Below are positions 39,313 to 49,350 of a stretch of 64,000 bases of DNA, in pieces. The DNA is from a virus (taxonomy: Duplodnaviria > Caudoviricetes): IMG/VR virus record IMGVR_UViG_3300033463_000010, positions 32,001 to 96,000 of that record. One strand, 5' to 3'. A program made the translations under genes and the position numbers. The notes beneath the pieces are model-generated. The model worked only from the letters and a program-made list of their open reading frames with translations. It ran no database searches and had not been told where the DNA came from. The stretch's first letter is position 1; every line of letters begins with the position of its first letter.

Positions 39313-39477
39313 ATGACGCTAGACGAAAAAGTAAAAGAACTGTATGACACGCTGAAGCCGATATGCAAGGAAAAGAAATTGAACCTTGCGTGGGAAGTCC
39401 ATAAGGCGTTGAAGAAATTCCGCAGCGAACACCCCGACCTTGACGAACAGTGGTCCATTGAAGCCTTGAAGTGCTGA
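39313..39477 (+). CDS. Small hypothetical protein (54 aa, not in the ORF track)
   Basis: AAGGA RBS; MTLDEKVKELYDTLKPICKEKKLNLAWEVHKALKKFR... Confidence 0.65.
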   Translation: MTLDEKVKELYDTLKPICKEKKLNLAWEVHKALKKFRSEHPDLDEQWSIEALKC

Positions 39478-39498
39478 CCGTTTTTGACAGGCACTTTG

Positions 39499-39560
39499 TA
39501 GGTATTCTGTTATATTCATTAGGTAATTTGTTAGATTATTAGGTAATTTGTTATATTTAT
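39499..39560 (+). repeat. Three tandem copies of the TAGGTAATTTGTTA motif
   Basis: TAGGTATTCTGTTATATTCAT / TAGGTAATTTGTTAGATTAT / TAGGTAATTTGTTATATTTA, period 20-21 bp. Confidence 0.85.
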
Positions 39561-39669
39561 TTTGTATAAAATAAATCTTTCCCCATTAACTGAAATTCTG
39601 CGGTAATGCTCCGCAGAATTTTTATTATTTTTAGAATGTTGCAACAATAAAATTAGGAGTATTCCTCAA

Positions 39670-40833
39670 ATGAATTTTACCGAAAATGCAAAGACTAAAT
39701 TTTGGGCTGACCTTTCCGCAGGTGTAAAGTCCACGTTTGGACATTCTCTCGGTGAAGCGTTCCACATTGACCAATACAAAAGTGGTCGCTTCTCGTTTAC
39801 CGAATCCGTGACGGGCGGTCCTGGTGCTGTCACACGGCTTATGGACTCTTTAAAGGCTTCCTCGCCTGTCATTGAGTCGGTTCGTATGACACCGATTTCC
39901 AACGGCTACAACGCTACATACAACGTGTCGGTTGAATTTAACCCCGTCAAGGCTGAATCCGTTTACAGCGACGGCAAGGACAACGTTAAGACCTTTGAAA
40001 AGGACGGCAAGACCTACGTCGTCGGTAGCGACGGAAACGCTATTCCTGTTGACGACCCCGACAAGTTTATGGATAATGTAAACAAGACCACGGGTTCTAG
40101 TTACAAGAAAAAGTCCGAAGACGCAGACCAGGTGGATATGGACGGGTTCCCGATTGAACTTGACTCCGTTATCGCTCTCGCAAACGAAGCCCTTGACGGC
40201 ACGGGCGTTACTATCGCTAACGAAGGCGGTAAGCTGCTTGTCCGTGGTGCGTCCGAACTTGTGAAGCCGACCCAGGAATTTGTCCCCGAACCGTATTACG
40301 GTGCCGACTCTATTGACGGTGGCTACGACGAAGAAACGGGCGACCTGGCTCTTACCATTCCCGAATATCCGACGGAATACGAAATTGAACAGCTCCGTTC
40401 GTTCCTTATTTCTGCGGTCAACTGCATTATGGACCACGCCCTGTGCAAGACTGCCGATTGCTCCGACGACGATTGGTGCAACGCTATGGCAGAAGCAGAA
40501 CCGTGCGAAAGCTACGTTCACAAGTATGGCTACCTGGGCGAAGCATTTGTCGGTAATGACAAGAAACAGGTTGCTATCCTGGTGAAGTCGCTATTGCAGG
40601 AAAACCGCCTGGAAGACGCAAAGAAAGTCGCCACGAAGCATATGGGTGCTGAAATGGCAGAAGGCTTCACCCGCAAGTATGCACCCGAAAAGGTGGAAGA
40701 AAAACATCAAGCGGTCATTACAGACGAAATGGCTCTGCTTGACAGAATGCACGAATCCGCTATGAACCGTGCCCCCGAAAAGGTGGTGGAAATGGATTCC
40801 CTCGTCGCCAAAAATTTAACACAGGAGAAGTAA
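39670..40833 (+). CDS. Acidic protein with many xES sites, putative head core protein
   Basis: AGGAG RBS; FTES, VIES, KAES, KKSED, PCES, MHES; first gene of the sheath operon. Confidence 0.6.
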   Translation: MNFTENAKTKFWADLSAGVKSTFGHSLGEAFHIDQYKSGRFSFTESVTGGPGAVTRLMDSLKASSPVIESVRMTPISNGYNATYNVSVEFNPVKAESVYSDGKDNVKTFEKDGKTYVVGSDGNAIPVDDPDKFMDNVNKTTGSSYKKKSEDADQVDMDGFPIELDSVIALANEALDGTGVTIANEGGKLLVRGASELVKPTQEFVPEPYYGADSIDGGYDEETGDLALTIPEYPTEYEIEQLRSFLISAVNCIMDHALCKTADCSDDDWCNAMAEAEPCESYVHKYGYLGEAFVGNDKKQVAILVKSLLQENRLEDAKKVATKHMGAEMAEGFTRKYAPEKVEEKHQAVITDEMALLDRMHESAMNRAPEKVVEMDSLVAKNLTQEK

Positions 40834-40836
40834 ACT

Positions 40837-43125
40837 ATGCCGATAAATGATAGTGCAGGTGTAGGTGTTTACCTTATTGACAAGTCGCAGCGTTCTTCTG
40901 TCGCTATCGGTTTCCGTTCTGCGGGTGCCATTGAAGCAGACAGGGGACTTTGTAACACGCCAACCTTGATTTCTAGCGAAGACGACTACGTTAAGGCGTT
41001 TGGCACTCCGTCTATGGAGCGTCACGGTCTTGCTGCTATGGAAGCATATTTGCTTGCACAGCGTAAGGTCCCGCAGGTTCTCGTCCGTGCAAAGGACCCG
41101 ACAATGCTCCCGTCGGACACTCCGTTCGGGGCTATGAAGTTTACCGTGGAAGACGGCAAGTTGGTCGTGAACACGATGCTTCCCGCTATTGCGATTGCTT
41201 CCCCTGGTGAAGACAATGAAGCTATGCTCTATTTCAAGGGCGAAGGCGACTACTGTTCCAAAGAACGCAAGAACGTTGTCGTGCGTTTGAGCCAACCTGT
41301 CACGCAGTCTGCTTACGCAAAGGAAGGTCGTTCCGTCCGTGTGCAGTTGTTTGACTTCAACGGTTCCAACCATATTGACGAAGACGTTCCCGCAGAACTC
41401 GCATTCAACCCCGACGTTGCTAACTTGATTTCCGCTACGGGCGATTTCAAGTTGGACGGCTTCCTGGTTGGTTCCGCTGCGGGCAGCGACGCAGGTGCTT
41501 CGGGCGAACACCCCGTAAAGATTACCGCTTTCGTGAACGGTCGTGTTTATAATCTGCCCGACTTTGACTACTCGTCTTTGTTTGACGGCTCCGATTGGGG
41601 TATGTTTGATAAGTTCGCCCAGGCTGCGAAGGGTGCTACCTACGCAGACGGCAAGCCTGTCATTAAGCCGTCCAAAGAAGAAGCCCAGGGTTCCGACGAC
41701 TATTGGGACCTTTCCCTGCTTTACAGCCCTGGTGAAAACGGTGACGGTTCGGGTTCCGACGCTAACGAAAAGTATGGCGTGTATTACCTGTATTCGGGTA
41801 AGGACGGTGGACCGCAGGAACTCAACTGCTTTGGTCTTTCCATTTCGCTTACGGCTACCGTGGAACTCCCGATTGCCGAAGACCCGACTTCTACCCGTAA
41901 ACTCGCCCCTGGCTTCTACGGCTATCCGTGCGGTAGCGTGACGGTTGCGAAGAAGGGTGACGGTTACGTTGCGAAGTTCAACATTAGCACGAACCTTTAC
42001 CTCAAGAACCGCAGCACCTATATGTTTATGGGTGAACAGAATGAGTATTGGGCTTCCTACTACAAGACCTACTGCGTGAATGACTTCGTGGTGTCTATGT
42101 CTTACGACGACTTTGATTCCAACTACGTGTCTATGCAGATGGACGCTGTAATGGGCGGTTCCAAATACCTTGTTCCGAAGTCTAGCGAAATCTTTGGTGA
42201 CTATACCATTGATTACGAACACGACGACATTACGAACAAGCTGCACTACTTTGAGGGTATGATTAAGGCTAACACCATTCCTATGCAGAACAAGTCCTAC
42301 GCTTACTCGCAGGCACTTCAAGTTTTGCTTGGGGACAACCTTACCCGTTGGCGTTGCTTGGCTACTCCGAACTTGGGTGACGTTATGAACCCTGCGGATT
42401 ACATTTCCGCTATCACGGCTTCTAATGAAGCAACTCTCGGCTTGTCTAACATTGGTCGTGCTGCTGCTACGGACGTGTTCGGAAATCTTACGGGTCGCCA
42501 CGGCAACCGCTTTATTGCCGACTACTGTCAGTATGCTTACCGCACTCTTGCGGGAAAGCGGACCGCAGTCACTATGGCTTGCCTTGTCGCAGACTTGCTC
42601 AATAGCCATTACAACGAAGGTATTGAAGCACGTCCCCCGTTTGGCTACAACTATGGTCAAATTGCCTGCTTGTCCTTGTCGCAGCAGTTTAGCGGTCCCG
42701 AACGCAATATGCTTGCAAGACAGCTCAAGATTAACCCTGTTGTTGAAGACGGTGGTTACTACATTTGGGAAGAACGCACGTCGCAGCTTACCGACACGTC
42801 CTTGTCCGACGTTCATTGTATCATATCGTTTCTGTGGATGAAGTTCGCTATCTATGACGCTATGAAGTCTTTCGTGGCTGAATACAACGACCAATCTACT
42901 GTGAACCGTGGTCTTGCAGTTCTCGGTCAGTTGAACCAAAACTTCATTGACAAGAACTACATTGAAGAAGGCATTGTAAGTGCCGACAAGAACGTTATCG
43001 GTGACGAAGTGCTTCGCTTTGACTACGCAATCCGCTTCAAGGGCGTTGCCCGTTTCGTGGACGTTTATATCACCGCATACAGTCAAACGCAGACTTTGGC
43101 TGTGTCGCTCGCACAGGAGGCTTAA
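40837..43125 (+). CDS. Tail sheath protein
   Basis: GVYLIDKS, LISSEDDYVKAFGTP, RPPFGYNYG, ERNML...INPV, IWEERT, L.DVH, EYND..T. Confidence 0.9.
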   Translation: MPINDSAGVGVYLIDKSQRSSVAIGFRSAGAIEADRGLCNTPTLISSEDDYVKAFGTPSMERHGLAAMEAYLLAQRKVPQVLVRAKDPTMLPSDTPFGAMKFTVEDGKLVVNTMLPAIAIASPGEDNEAMLYFKGEGDYCSKERKNVVVRLSQPVTQSAYAKEGRSVRVQLFDFNGSNHIDEDVPAELAFNPDVANLISATGDFKLDGFLVGSAAGSDAGASGEHPVKITAFVNGRVYNLPDFDYSSLFDGSDWGMFDKFAQAAKGATYADGKPVIKPSKEEAQGSDDYWDLSLLYSPGENGDGSGSDANEKYGVYYLYSGKDGGPQELNCFGLSISLTATVELPIAEDPTSTRKLAPGFYGYPCGSVTVAKKGDGYVAKFNISTNLYLKNRSTYMFMGEQNEYWASYYKTYCVNDFVVSMSYDDFDSNYVSMQMDAVMGGSKYLVPKSSEIFGDYTIDYEHDDITNKLHYFEGMIKANTIPMQNKSYAYSQALQVLLGDNLTRWRCLATPNLGDVMNPADYISAITASNEATLGLSNIGRAAATDVFGNLTGRHGNRFIADYCQYAYRTLAGKRTAVTMACLVADLLNSHYNEGIEARPPFGYNYGQIACLSLSQQFSGPERNMLARQLKINPVVEDGGYYIWEERTSQLTDTSLSDVHCIISFLWMKFAIYDAMKSFVAEYNDQSTVNRGLAVLGQLNQNFIDKNYIEEGIVSADKNVIGDEVLRFDYAIRFKGVARFVDVYITAYSQTQTLAVSLAQEA

Positions 43126-43128
43126 TCT

Positions 43129-43731
43129 ATGCCACAGAATATCAAGATTAACGAACTGCTTGGCGATGACTTCAAAGAGTATAACTACGCAGTTACGTCT
43201 AATTGGCGTATTGACTTTTCGGGCAGTAATGAGTTCAAGAAACTGCTTGAAGGTGCCCCTGGTGACGACGGGCACCCTGCGGTGTTGAAGCAACTGTCTT
43301 TTGCGTGTCATTCGGATTTTCAGTTTGAAGCCGACGTTGAATACGCAGAAGCCGAAATCAAGGGCATTCACATTTCGCAGGCTGCTTGGCAGGACCGCTT
43401 CATTGACTCGCTGCCGATTGACGTGTATGAAAATATGGACCATAGGGTGTTCAAGGCTCTCGTCCAGGCTGCTAACAAGACTGCGGGCTACTTTAAGCAC
43501 CGTGATATTGCTGCGAAGACGGAATACACCTTTGACGGTATCACGCTTACCGCTTTGGGCAACACCGTTGACGGTTCCGAACCGTCTAACGCAATCGTGT
43601 ATCACTTGAAGGGTGTGCAGATTAAAAAGGTGCAGTCCCCGAACTACACCTCCGACGCTGCCGAAATCGGCTCCGTGCAACTTGAACTCAAGGCACACGG
43701 TTGGACGATTGGCGACGACGGCACGACCTAA
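43129..43731 (+). CDS. Tail tube protein
   Basis: 200 aa directly after sheath; YHLKGV...V.SPNY..DAAEI..V.LEL pattern. Confidence 0.75.
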   Translation: MPQNIKINELLGDDFKEYNYAVTSNWRIDFSGSNEFKKLLEGAPGDDGHPAVLKQLSFACHSDFQFEADVEYAEAEIKGIHISQAAWQDRFIDSLPIDVYENMDHRVFKALVQAANKTAGYFKHRDIAAKTEYTFDGITLTALGNTVDGSEPSNAIVYHLKGVQIKKVQSPNYTSDAAEIGSVQLELKAHGWTIGDDGTT

Positions 43732-43751
43732 TCGCCCCGTGTAATTGTTGC

Positions 43752-43788
43752 AAAATGCCCCGCTCATTTCGTATGGGTGGGGCATTTT
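43752..43788 (+). terminator. Intrinsic terminator
   Basis: AAAATGCCCCGCTCAT/ATGGGTGGGGCATTTT. Confidence 0.8.
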
Positions 43789-43815
43789 CTATGCAGAATA
43801 ATGTATATTTAGGCT

Positions 43816-45111
43816 ATGAAGACGTTGAAACTAGCCATAACGAATAACCCCGACCTGTCGGATGTTATAAGAGTGTATAGCAGTATGTTCCGTATGGCTT
43901 ACAATCGTCTTCAAGAGGGTTGTTCCGAGAATACTACGTGGCACAAAATTAAAGAAATTTTCGGTGTAAACTGTTGGCTTGCCTCGTCTGCTGCAAAGGA
44001 AGCACACGGGGTAGTTACGCTTAACAAGGGTAAGAAAGTCTTGTTTGGGGGTAAGTGGAACTTAAAGCAATACCTTAAAGGCTTGATTACCAAAGAGCAG
44101 TTTAAGCATAAGCGGTTGGTGCCCTTATGCAGTATAGGGGAAAAACAATATGCAGGGAACCGCCTGTTTGACTTTGACTTTAATAATCGGACTGTTGTGT
44201 TCAAGCCTGGTAACGGTGTCCGTAAGGAAATACAGTTCTGCCCCGTTAAGAAGAAACTAGCACAAGAGTTAGCCAAAGTTCAAGAGTTAGCCGAACAGAA
44301 GAAAATGCCCGTGACCGTGAAGTTCACGGACAAGCATTTATACCTTACTTACGACGAATCCTTGATTTATAACGAAGCATACAAGAACTTAAAGCACAAC
44401 CGTGTTTTGGGAATAGATATGAACCCCAATTATGTCGGGGTTTCCGTTATTGAGTTTGATAAGAACGACGAATTTAAAATACTGCACAAGGTAGTGTTTG
44501 ACCTAACCGCACTTACGAAGCCTAGCGGTAAGGCAAGCACGGATAAGAAATCCAAATACTTTACGAACAAGCTGAAGCACGAAACTATCGCTATTGCTCA
44601 CAAGATTAACAAGTTGGTGGACTATTGGAAGTGTAGTAAACTAGCCATTGAAGACCTGTCTATAAAACCGAAAGACCAAAATAAGGGCAGGACGTTTAAT
44701 CGCTTGTGTAATAACAGGTGGGAACGTCAACTGTTCGTGAACAAGCTGAAAATGTTGGCTAATATCCACAGGTATGAGCTAGTTGAAGTCAATCCTGCCT
44801 ATTCTTCAATCGTGGGCAACTTTGCATACGGTAGTCCCGATACTCCCGATATGGTTGCGTCCTCTATTGAAATAGCACGTAGGGCTTACAAGAAATTTGA
44901 GAAGGGATGGTTCTATCCCGGGTTTAACGTTGAACGAACAGACGAGCAATGGAAGCAAACGCTGTCGGGAGTGAAAACCTGGAAAGAACTGTTCCGAAAA
45001 GTCAAAGAAACGGGACTCAAATACCGTTTCCTGCTATCCGACTATGTTGGAAATGTAGTCTTGAGTATCTTCTATAGTAAACAGAAGTGGAAATTACTAC
45101 TTTTTAATTAA
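43816..45111 (+). CDS. TnpB-related RuvC nuclease lacking a zinc ribbon (tnpB-3)
   Basis: LGIDMNP, IEDLS, VNPAYSS, PDMVASSIEIARR; paralogue of 51882-53177. Confidence 0.82.
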   Translation: MKTLKLAITNNPDLSDVIRVYSSMFRMAYNRLQEGCSENTTWHKIKEIFGVNCWLASSAAKEAHGVVTLNKGKKVLFGGKWNLKQYLKGLITKEQFKHKRLVPLCSIGEKQYAGNRLFDFDFNNRTVVFKPGNGVRKEIQFCPVKKKLAQELAKVQELAEQKKMPVTVKFTDKHLYLTYDESLIYNEAYKNLKHNRVLGIDMNPNYVGVSVIEFDKNDEFKILHKVVFDLTALTKPSGKASTDKKSKYFTNKLKHETIAIAHKINKLVDYWKCSKLAIEDLSIKPKDQNKGRTFNRLCNNRWERQLFVNKLKMLANIHRYELVEVNPAYSSIVGNFAYGSPDTPDMVASSIEIARRAYKKFEKGWFYPGFNVERTDEQWKQTLSGVKTWKELFRKVKETGLKYRFLLSDYVGNVVLSIFYSKQKWKLLLFN

Positions 45112-45123
45112 AGGAGATATACT

Positions 45124-45546
45124 TTGGCATTTAACGTAAGAAACGGACTGTCAATCCAATCTGCGATTGATACGACATTTTTAGACACGGCACATTTTGA
45201 CGCAGAATGTGAGTTCCCCCGTGGTTTTGACGAACTGAATAAGTTGGCAATATCCACGGTTGGGGGTCTTCGCCCGTTCATTCTTGAAGACGGTCAGTTA
45301 AAGACCCAGGAATTTACCGTTGAAGCCTACGTGTCTAATAAACAAGATATGCTGCTGCGTTCGCTTTATACGGCAACCGCCCACCCAGGCTACATAGATT
45401 TACGGTTGCCCATAACGCTAATGTGGGGTCACGAAGACAACCCTATGCAGCTAAAATGCTATCTTGCTAAATATGAACCACCCGAATCGGTGTCCTACAA
45501 GGACGCTGAAATCCTGGACGTAAAACTTACGCTACGGGCAATTTAA
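45124..45546 (+). CDS. Tail tube-like/initiator protein candidate
   Basis: AAGGAG RBS, TTG start; tail operon context. Confidence 0.5.
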   Translation: MAFNVRNGLSIQSAIDTTFLDTAHFDAECEFPRGFDELNKLAISTVGGLRPFILEDGQLKTQEFTVEAYVSNKQDMLLRSLYTATAHPGYIDLRLPITLMWGHEDNPMQLKCYLAKYEPPESVSYKDAEILDVKLTLRAI

Positions 45547-45561
45547 CAACCGAGGTAACAA

Positions 45562-46308
45562 ATGCTAATTCCTGTAAACTCCCTGCCGTCCAACTTCAAG
45601 CCTTACAAATTCAAGTCTTTCAAAATGAAAGCTATGAGTTTGCAGCAGGCGATTGATTTGGGCAAGAACCCGTCTTTGAAAGACATTGTGAAACTCTTGC
45701 AGACGCTTGTGGGCGACGAAATTGACGCAAGCGTTCTCGTCCCTGTGGACGTTAAGTATCTTGTAGCTATGCTTGCGTTCCACGCATACCCGAAGCAGAA
45801 GTGGGACCTGGAACTTACTTGCCCGCACTGTAAGGAAAAACACAAGCGGGCTATCACTATGAGCGATTTCCCGCCTGTTCCTAGCCTTGCAGCGGACGAC
45901 CCCTATCCGCTCACCATTGACGACGGGAAGCACGTTTGGGAATTGGGCTATGCGTCCGTTGACGCTTGGGAAGAAATGGTTAGTAAGTTGGGTATCACAA
46001 AGGACACCGACCTGGACGATTTGGACCCTGCACAGTATATTGACATTGTGGCTCCGTATATCCTGTCTGTTGACGGCAAGAATGAACGGACCCGTGAAAC
46101 GCTTTTGGAAATTGACGACTTCGGCATTTTGAACCTTATGCTTGAAGCTATCAAAACCTACTTCCTGGATGACACGCAGGCTGAATTTGAATGCCCGAAG
46201 TGCAAGAAAAAGTATAGCGTGTCGTTGAGTGCGGTTGAGGTCACTCAATACACCCCGTTTCTTGACAAGACAGCGGTTAGCAAGTATAAGACTAATTTTA
46301 GGCTTTGA
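45562..46308 (+). CDS. Baseplate hub assembly/tail chaperone (T4 gp26-like)
   Basis: LPS, D.KYL, CPHC and CPKC pairs; upstream of tape measure. Confidence 0.7.
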   Translation: MLIPVNSLPSNFKPYKFKSFKMKAMSLQQAIDLGKNPSLKDIVKLLQTLVGDEIDASVLVPVDVKYLVAMLAFHAYPKQKWDLELTCPHCKEKHKRAITMSDFPPVPSLAADDPYPLTIDDGKHVWELGYASVDAWEEMVSKLGITKDTDLDDLDPAQYIDIVAPYILSVDGKNERTRETLLEIDDFGILNLMLEAIKTYFLDDTQAEFECPKCKKKYSVSLSAVEVTQYTPFLDKTAVSKYKTNFRL

Positions 46309-46420
46309 CCTTGATATGAGCAAGTCCGTAGCCGAAGTGGAAGACTACTTGCGGGCTAGGGAAGAAATGCTTGAAAAGGAAAAGAAGCAGGCGAAAGAAA
46401 AGAAACCTATGAGGCGGTAA
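46309..46420 (+). CDS. Short +1-frame extension of the chaperone, or a 34-aa ORF from ATG 46316
   Basis: DLDMSKSVAEVEDYLRAREEMLEKEKKQ... fills the gap to the tape measure gene. Confidence 0.55.
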
Positions 46421-46425
46421 CTGTT

Positions 46426-48411
46426 ATGGCGACCTTGTTTGAAAAAATGGTGGAGTTGAAAGAAAAGCGGGAAAGCCTTTCTAATCAAGGTGGACCGTTC
46501 GCTAAAACTTTGGATAAAACCATAGCGGGTATGAAGACAGTTGCTTCTGCCGTGGATAGGTTGCAGCTTGCCGTAAAGGACCAAATCGCTGCTAATGCCC
46601 TGGCAAAGAAGACAGGCGAAGCTACGGACGTTCAACAGTCTATCCGTGATTTCTTACAAAGGAAAATCGCAGAAGACGATATTGAACGGGAACGCCACAA
46701 GCGTATGATGGATATGGCTGAAAGCCTTGTCCCGAAAGTAAACGACGAACAACTGAAAGCGTTCCGCTTGCAGCAGTTGGTCGCCCGTGAGCATAAGAAG
46801 ACGCTTGAAGCTACCGTTGAAATTGAGAAGAAGAAATACGACCTGCAAAAGAAATCTGCCGAAGAAATGCAGAAGCGTCGTATCAAGGCGATAGAAGCGG
46901 AACGTGCCGAAGCTAATTTTGCCATTAAGGACAAATACGGGACGATTGAATCTGCTATCGCAGGTCTAGGTAATTCGGGCGGGGATTCTCTCGGCAAGTT
47001 CCTTGTGGCGGGTCTAGGTCGCTACGTCAAGGAACGTAAAGAAACCCCGATTGAGGAAGCTACCAAAGAAAAATACGACGCTCTTGTAAATCAGCAGAAC
47101 CGTATTGCCGAGGGCAAAAAGGCTTTGGCTGACAAGGAATTTGGCGTAAAGCAGGCAGACATTACCGAAGACTTCGCTATCCGTGCTGCAAAGCAGGGAA
47201 TAGCGGACCCTGGTTCCGCAGCCAGGTTGTATGCAGAACGGGCACAGAACGTCAAGGCTATCGCAGGTGAGGGCGAGAACCTTGAGAAACAGTTGATTTC
47301 GGGTAAGCCAAAGTTCAATGCCCCTGGAATTGAAAAGGCTGTGCGTGAAGTAGCCCAGGCTGTGAACAAGCCGAAGGAAGTATTGCCCGCAGAAGCCCCG
47401 ACGCTTACACGCAGGGGTATTGAAGCAAACGTGGAACAGGCTACGGCTCCGCAAGCCGAAGTCACGAAGCCCGCTCCGAAAGCCGAAGTGACGAAGCCTG
47501 CCGAACCTGCACCCAGGGTCGTTCCCGAAGAACGCCCCGAAATTGCGTCCACGCTTAAATCGGAAATCCCGAAGAAGGCTCCCGAAGCTAAACCTGCTCC
47601 GAAGAACGCCAGGTTCACGAAAGCCCCTAGACAAAGTTCACCGTTGCTTACTCCCGTCGTAAGGCGTAACGCAGCACCGCAGGCTACCGTGACTAATCCC
47701 GCTTCTACGGGTGTGTTCGGCAGCAAATCGGGTGCCGTGAACTTCAGCGGTATCGGCAAGTCGTTGGGCGGTATCGTTTCAAAGTTGGGGACTATCGCCA
47801 CGTCCGCTGTAAAGTTCCTGGGTCCCTGGGCGTTGGTAGCTAATGCCATTATGTCTTTTGACAGGCTTGTTCCCGTGGTGAGCGGGTTGGCAAGTTCTGT
47901 TATGGATATGACAAAGCTAATAATGCCCTTGATAGTGTCGTCCATAATTGAATCGGGGGCACAGATACTAGGTGGCATTAACGGCTTGATTGAGCTGTTT
48001 GACCACAGCCGTCTGTTTGGTCGTGGTTGGTATAAGGACAACGAAGTTCAATCTATGATTTCGGAAAAGTCCGCAGCGGTTGAAAAAGAAAAGGAAATGC
48101 AGCGTAAGACCAGGCGTGAAGTCACGAACGGTCCAGGCTTCATAGATACTACGTCCGCAAATACCCGTGGGGTCCGTGCTACCGTTATCCGCAGGGAAAC
48201 CGCTCTCACGTCCCCGACCGAAGCTAACGCTATTATGGAACAGTCCAGGGCTGCACAGGCACCCGCACAGCCCGATTACCAGGTTGCCGATTGGCGTAAT
48301 CAGCGTGAACAGAACGAAGCCTTGCGTGACGCTGTTAGGGAGTCTGCAAAGAACCCTGGCACTACTCCGATTATGGTTGCTAACCCTGCTATGGCTCCGT
48401 GGTTTGCCTAA
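46426..48411 (+). CDS. Tape measure/baseplate hub protein
   Basis: Long helical Ala/Lys/Glu-rich region, hydrophobic Gly-rich segment; canonical position. Confidence 0.7.
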   Translation: MATLFEKMVELKEKRESLSNQGGPFAKTLDKTIAGMKTVASAVDRLQLAVKDQIAANALAKKTGEATDVQQSIRDFLQRKIAEDDIERERHKRMMDMAESLVPKVNDEQLKAFRLQQLVAREHKKTLEATVEIEKKKYDLQKKSAEEMQKRRIKAIEAERAEANFAIKDKYGTIESAIAGLGNSGGDSLGKFLVAGLGRYVKERKETPIEEATKEKYDALVNQQNRIAEGKKALADKEFGVKQADITEDFAIRAAKQGIADPGSAARLYAERAQNVKAIAGEGENLEKQLISGKPKFNAPGIEKAVREVAQAVNKPKEVLPAEAPTLTRRGIEANVEQATAPQAEVTKPAPKAEVTKPAEPAPRVVPEERPEIASTLKSEIPKKAPEAKPAPKNARFTKAPRQSSPLLTPVVRRNAAPQATVTNPASTGVFGSKSGAVNFSGIGKSLGGIVSKLGTIATSAVKFLGPWALVANAIMSFDRLVPVVSGLASSVMDMTKLIMPLIVSSIIESGAQILGGINGLIELFDHSRLFGRGWYKDNEVQSMISEKSAAVEKEKEMQRKTRREVTNGPGFIDTTSANTRGVRATVIRRETALTSPTEANAIMEQSRAAQAPAQPDYQVADWRNQREQNEALRDAVRESAKNPGTTPIMVANPAMAPWFA

Positions 48412-48423
48412 TGAGGTTGTGTA

Positions 48424-49347
48424 ATGGAACAGACTATTGAATCACAGGAATTTCGTAGGCTCGCCCGTGCGAACTGCTATCGCTACGGGTGCCTCTATAT
48501 TTACTCCGACAAGTATGTTTCACTTGACGAACACAACTTCCCGAACTACCAATGCAGGGAAGGCACGGGTTCTATTGAGAAGTTTCTTACCTTGATACAA
48601 AGCCTGGGTGCGAACGCAGGCGGTAACGACCCGAAAAGCAAGCTATCAAAACCGCTGCCAGGTGTTCAATGGCAGGGCGACAGGTTGGAGCTGTCTATCA
48701 GCCTTGACGGTGTAATGTATTTCACGGACTACCGTGACTATACCACGGTTAAGAAAAACCTGCGTTCCGAAATGTTGGCACAGGGTTGGAAGCAGTTTAC
48801 TTCTAGCAGCCAACTCTTGAATATGAGTTTGGCTTCCTACAAGCCCGCCCGTGGTGGCGACGACGCTCTTTACAACGACGACCCTATGGACGCTGCGGGA
48901 ATGGCTATGATGACTTCGGCTATGCAGCACACGTCCGCACAGGCACAGATTACCGTTGGCTATGCCACAGGCAACAAAGAAATGTATGCCGAGGGCAAGG
49001 CACGTTCGGGGGCTTCTATGTCGGGTCAGTCCGCAGGCGTTCCCGTTATCGGTGGGGCTATCGGCATTGGTGCGAATATGCAGGCGGGTTTGGAAGCTAT
49101 GGGTTCCAATATGAACAGCGGTGTGGCGGGCAAGTGGATGACCGCAGGGCACCCCGTAGAACTTATTATTGAGGGGCAGGTCGCCCGTCAAAGCGTGAAC
49201 GGGGTCCTCACGTCCGCAAAGTTCACGGAAAAGGATTACGTGGTGGACGACACGTCGGGCGGTAATGTCTATCCTACCGCTATGGACGTGAGCATTACCA
49301 TTACGAATATGTATGGCTCTTTGTATAACACTTCTTCTAGCGGGTAA
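48424..49347 (+). CDS. Baseplate/tail-tube initiator candidate
   Basis: Post-tape-measure position; GVLTS...YPTAMDVSITI C-terminus. Confidence 0.5.
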   Translation: MEQTIESQEFRRLARANCYRYGCLYIYSDKYVSLDEHNFPNYQCREGTGSIEKFLTLIQSLGANAGGNDPKSKLSKPLPGVQWQGDRLELSISLDGVMYFTDYRDYTTVKKNLRSEMLAQGWKQFTSSSQLLNMSLASYKPARGGDDALYNDDPMDAAGMAMMTSAMQHTSAQAQITVGYATGNKEMYAEGKARSGASMSGQSAGVPVIGGAIGIGANMQAGLEAMGSNMNSGVAGKWMTAGHPVELIIEGQVARQSVNGVLTSAKFTEKDYVVDDTSGGNVYPTAMDVSITITNMYGSLYNTSSSG

Positions 49348-49350
49348 TGT

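Noticed and set aside
40816-43785. Long minus-strand ORFs (also 29787-32102, 24673-26262, 27998-29254, 37222-38310)
   Set aside because: Antisense shadows of strongly codon-biased + strand genes; no motifs or RBS
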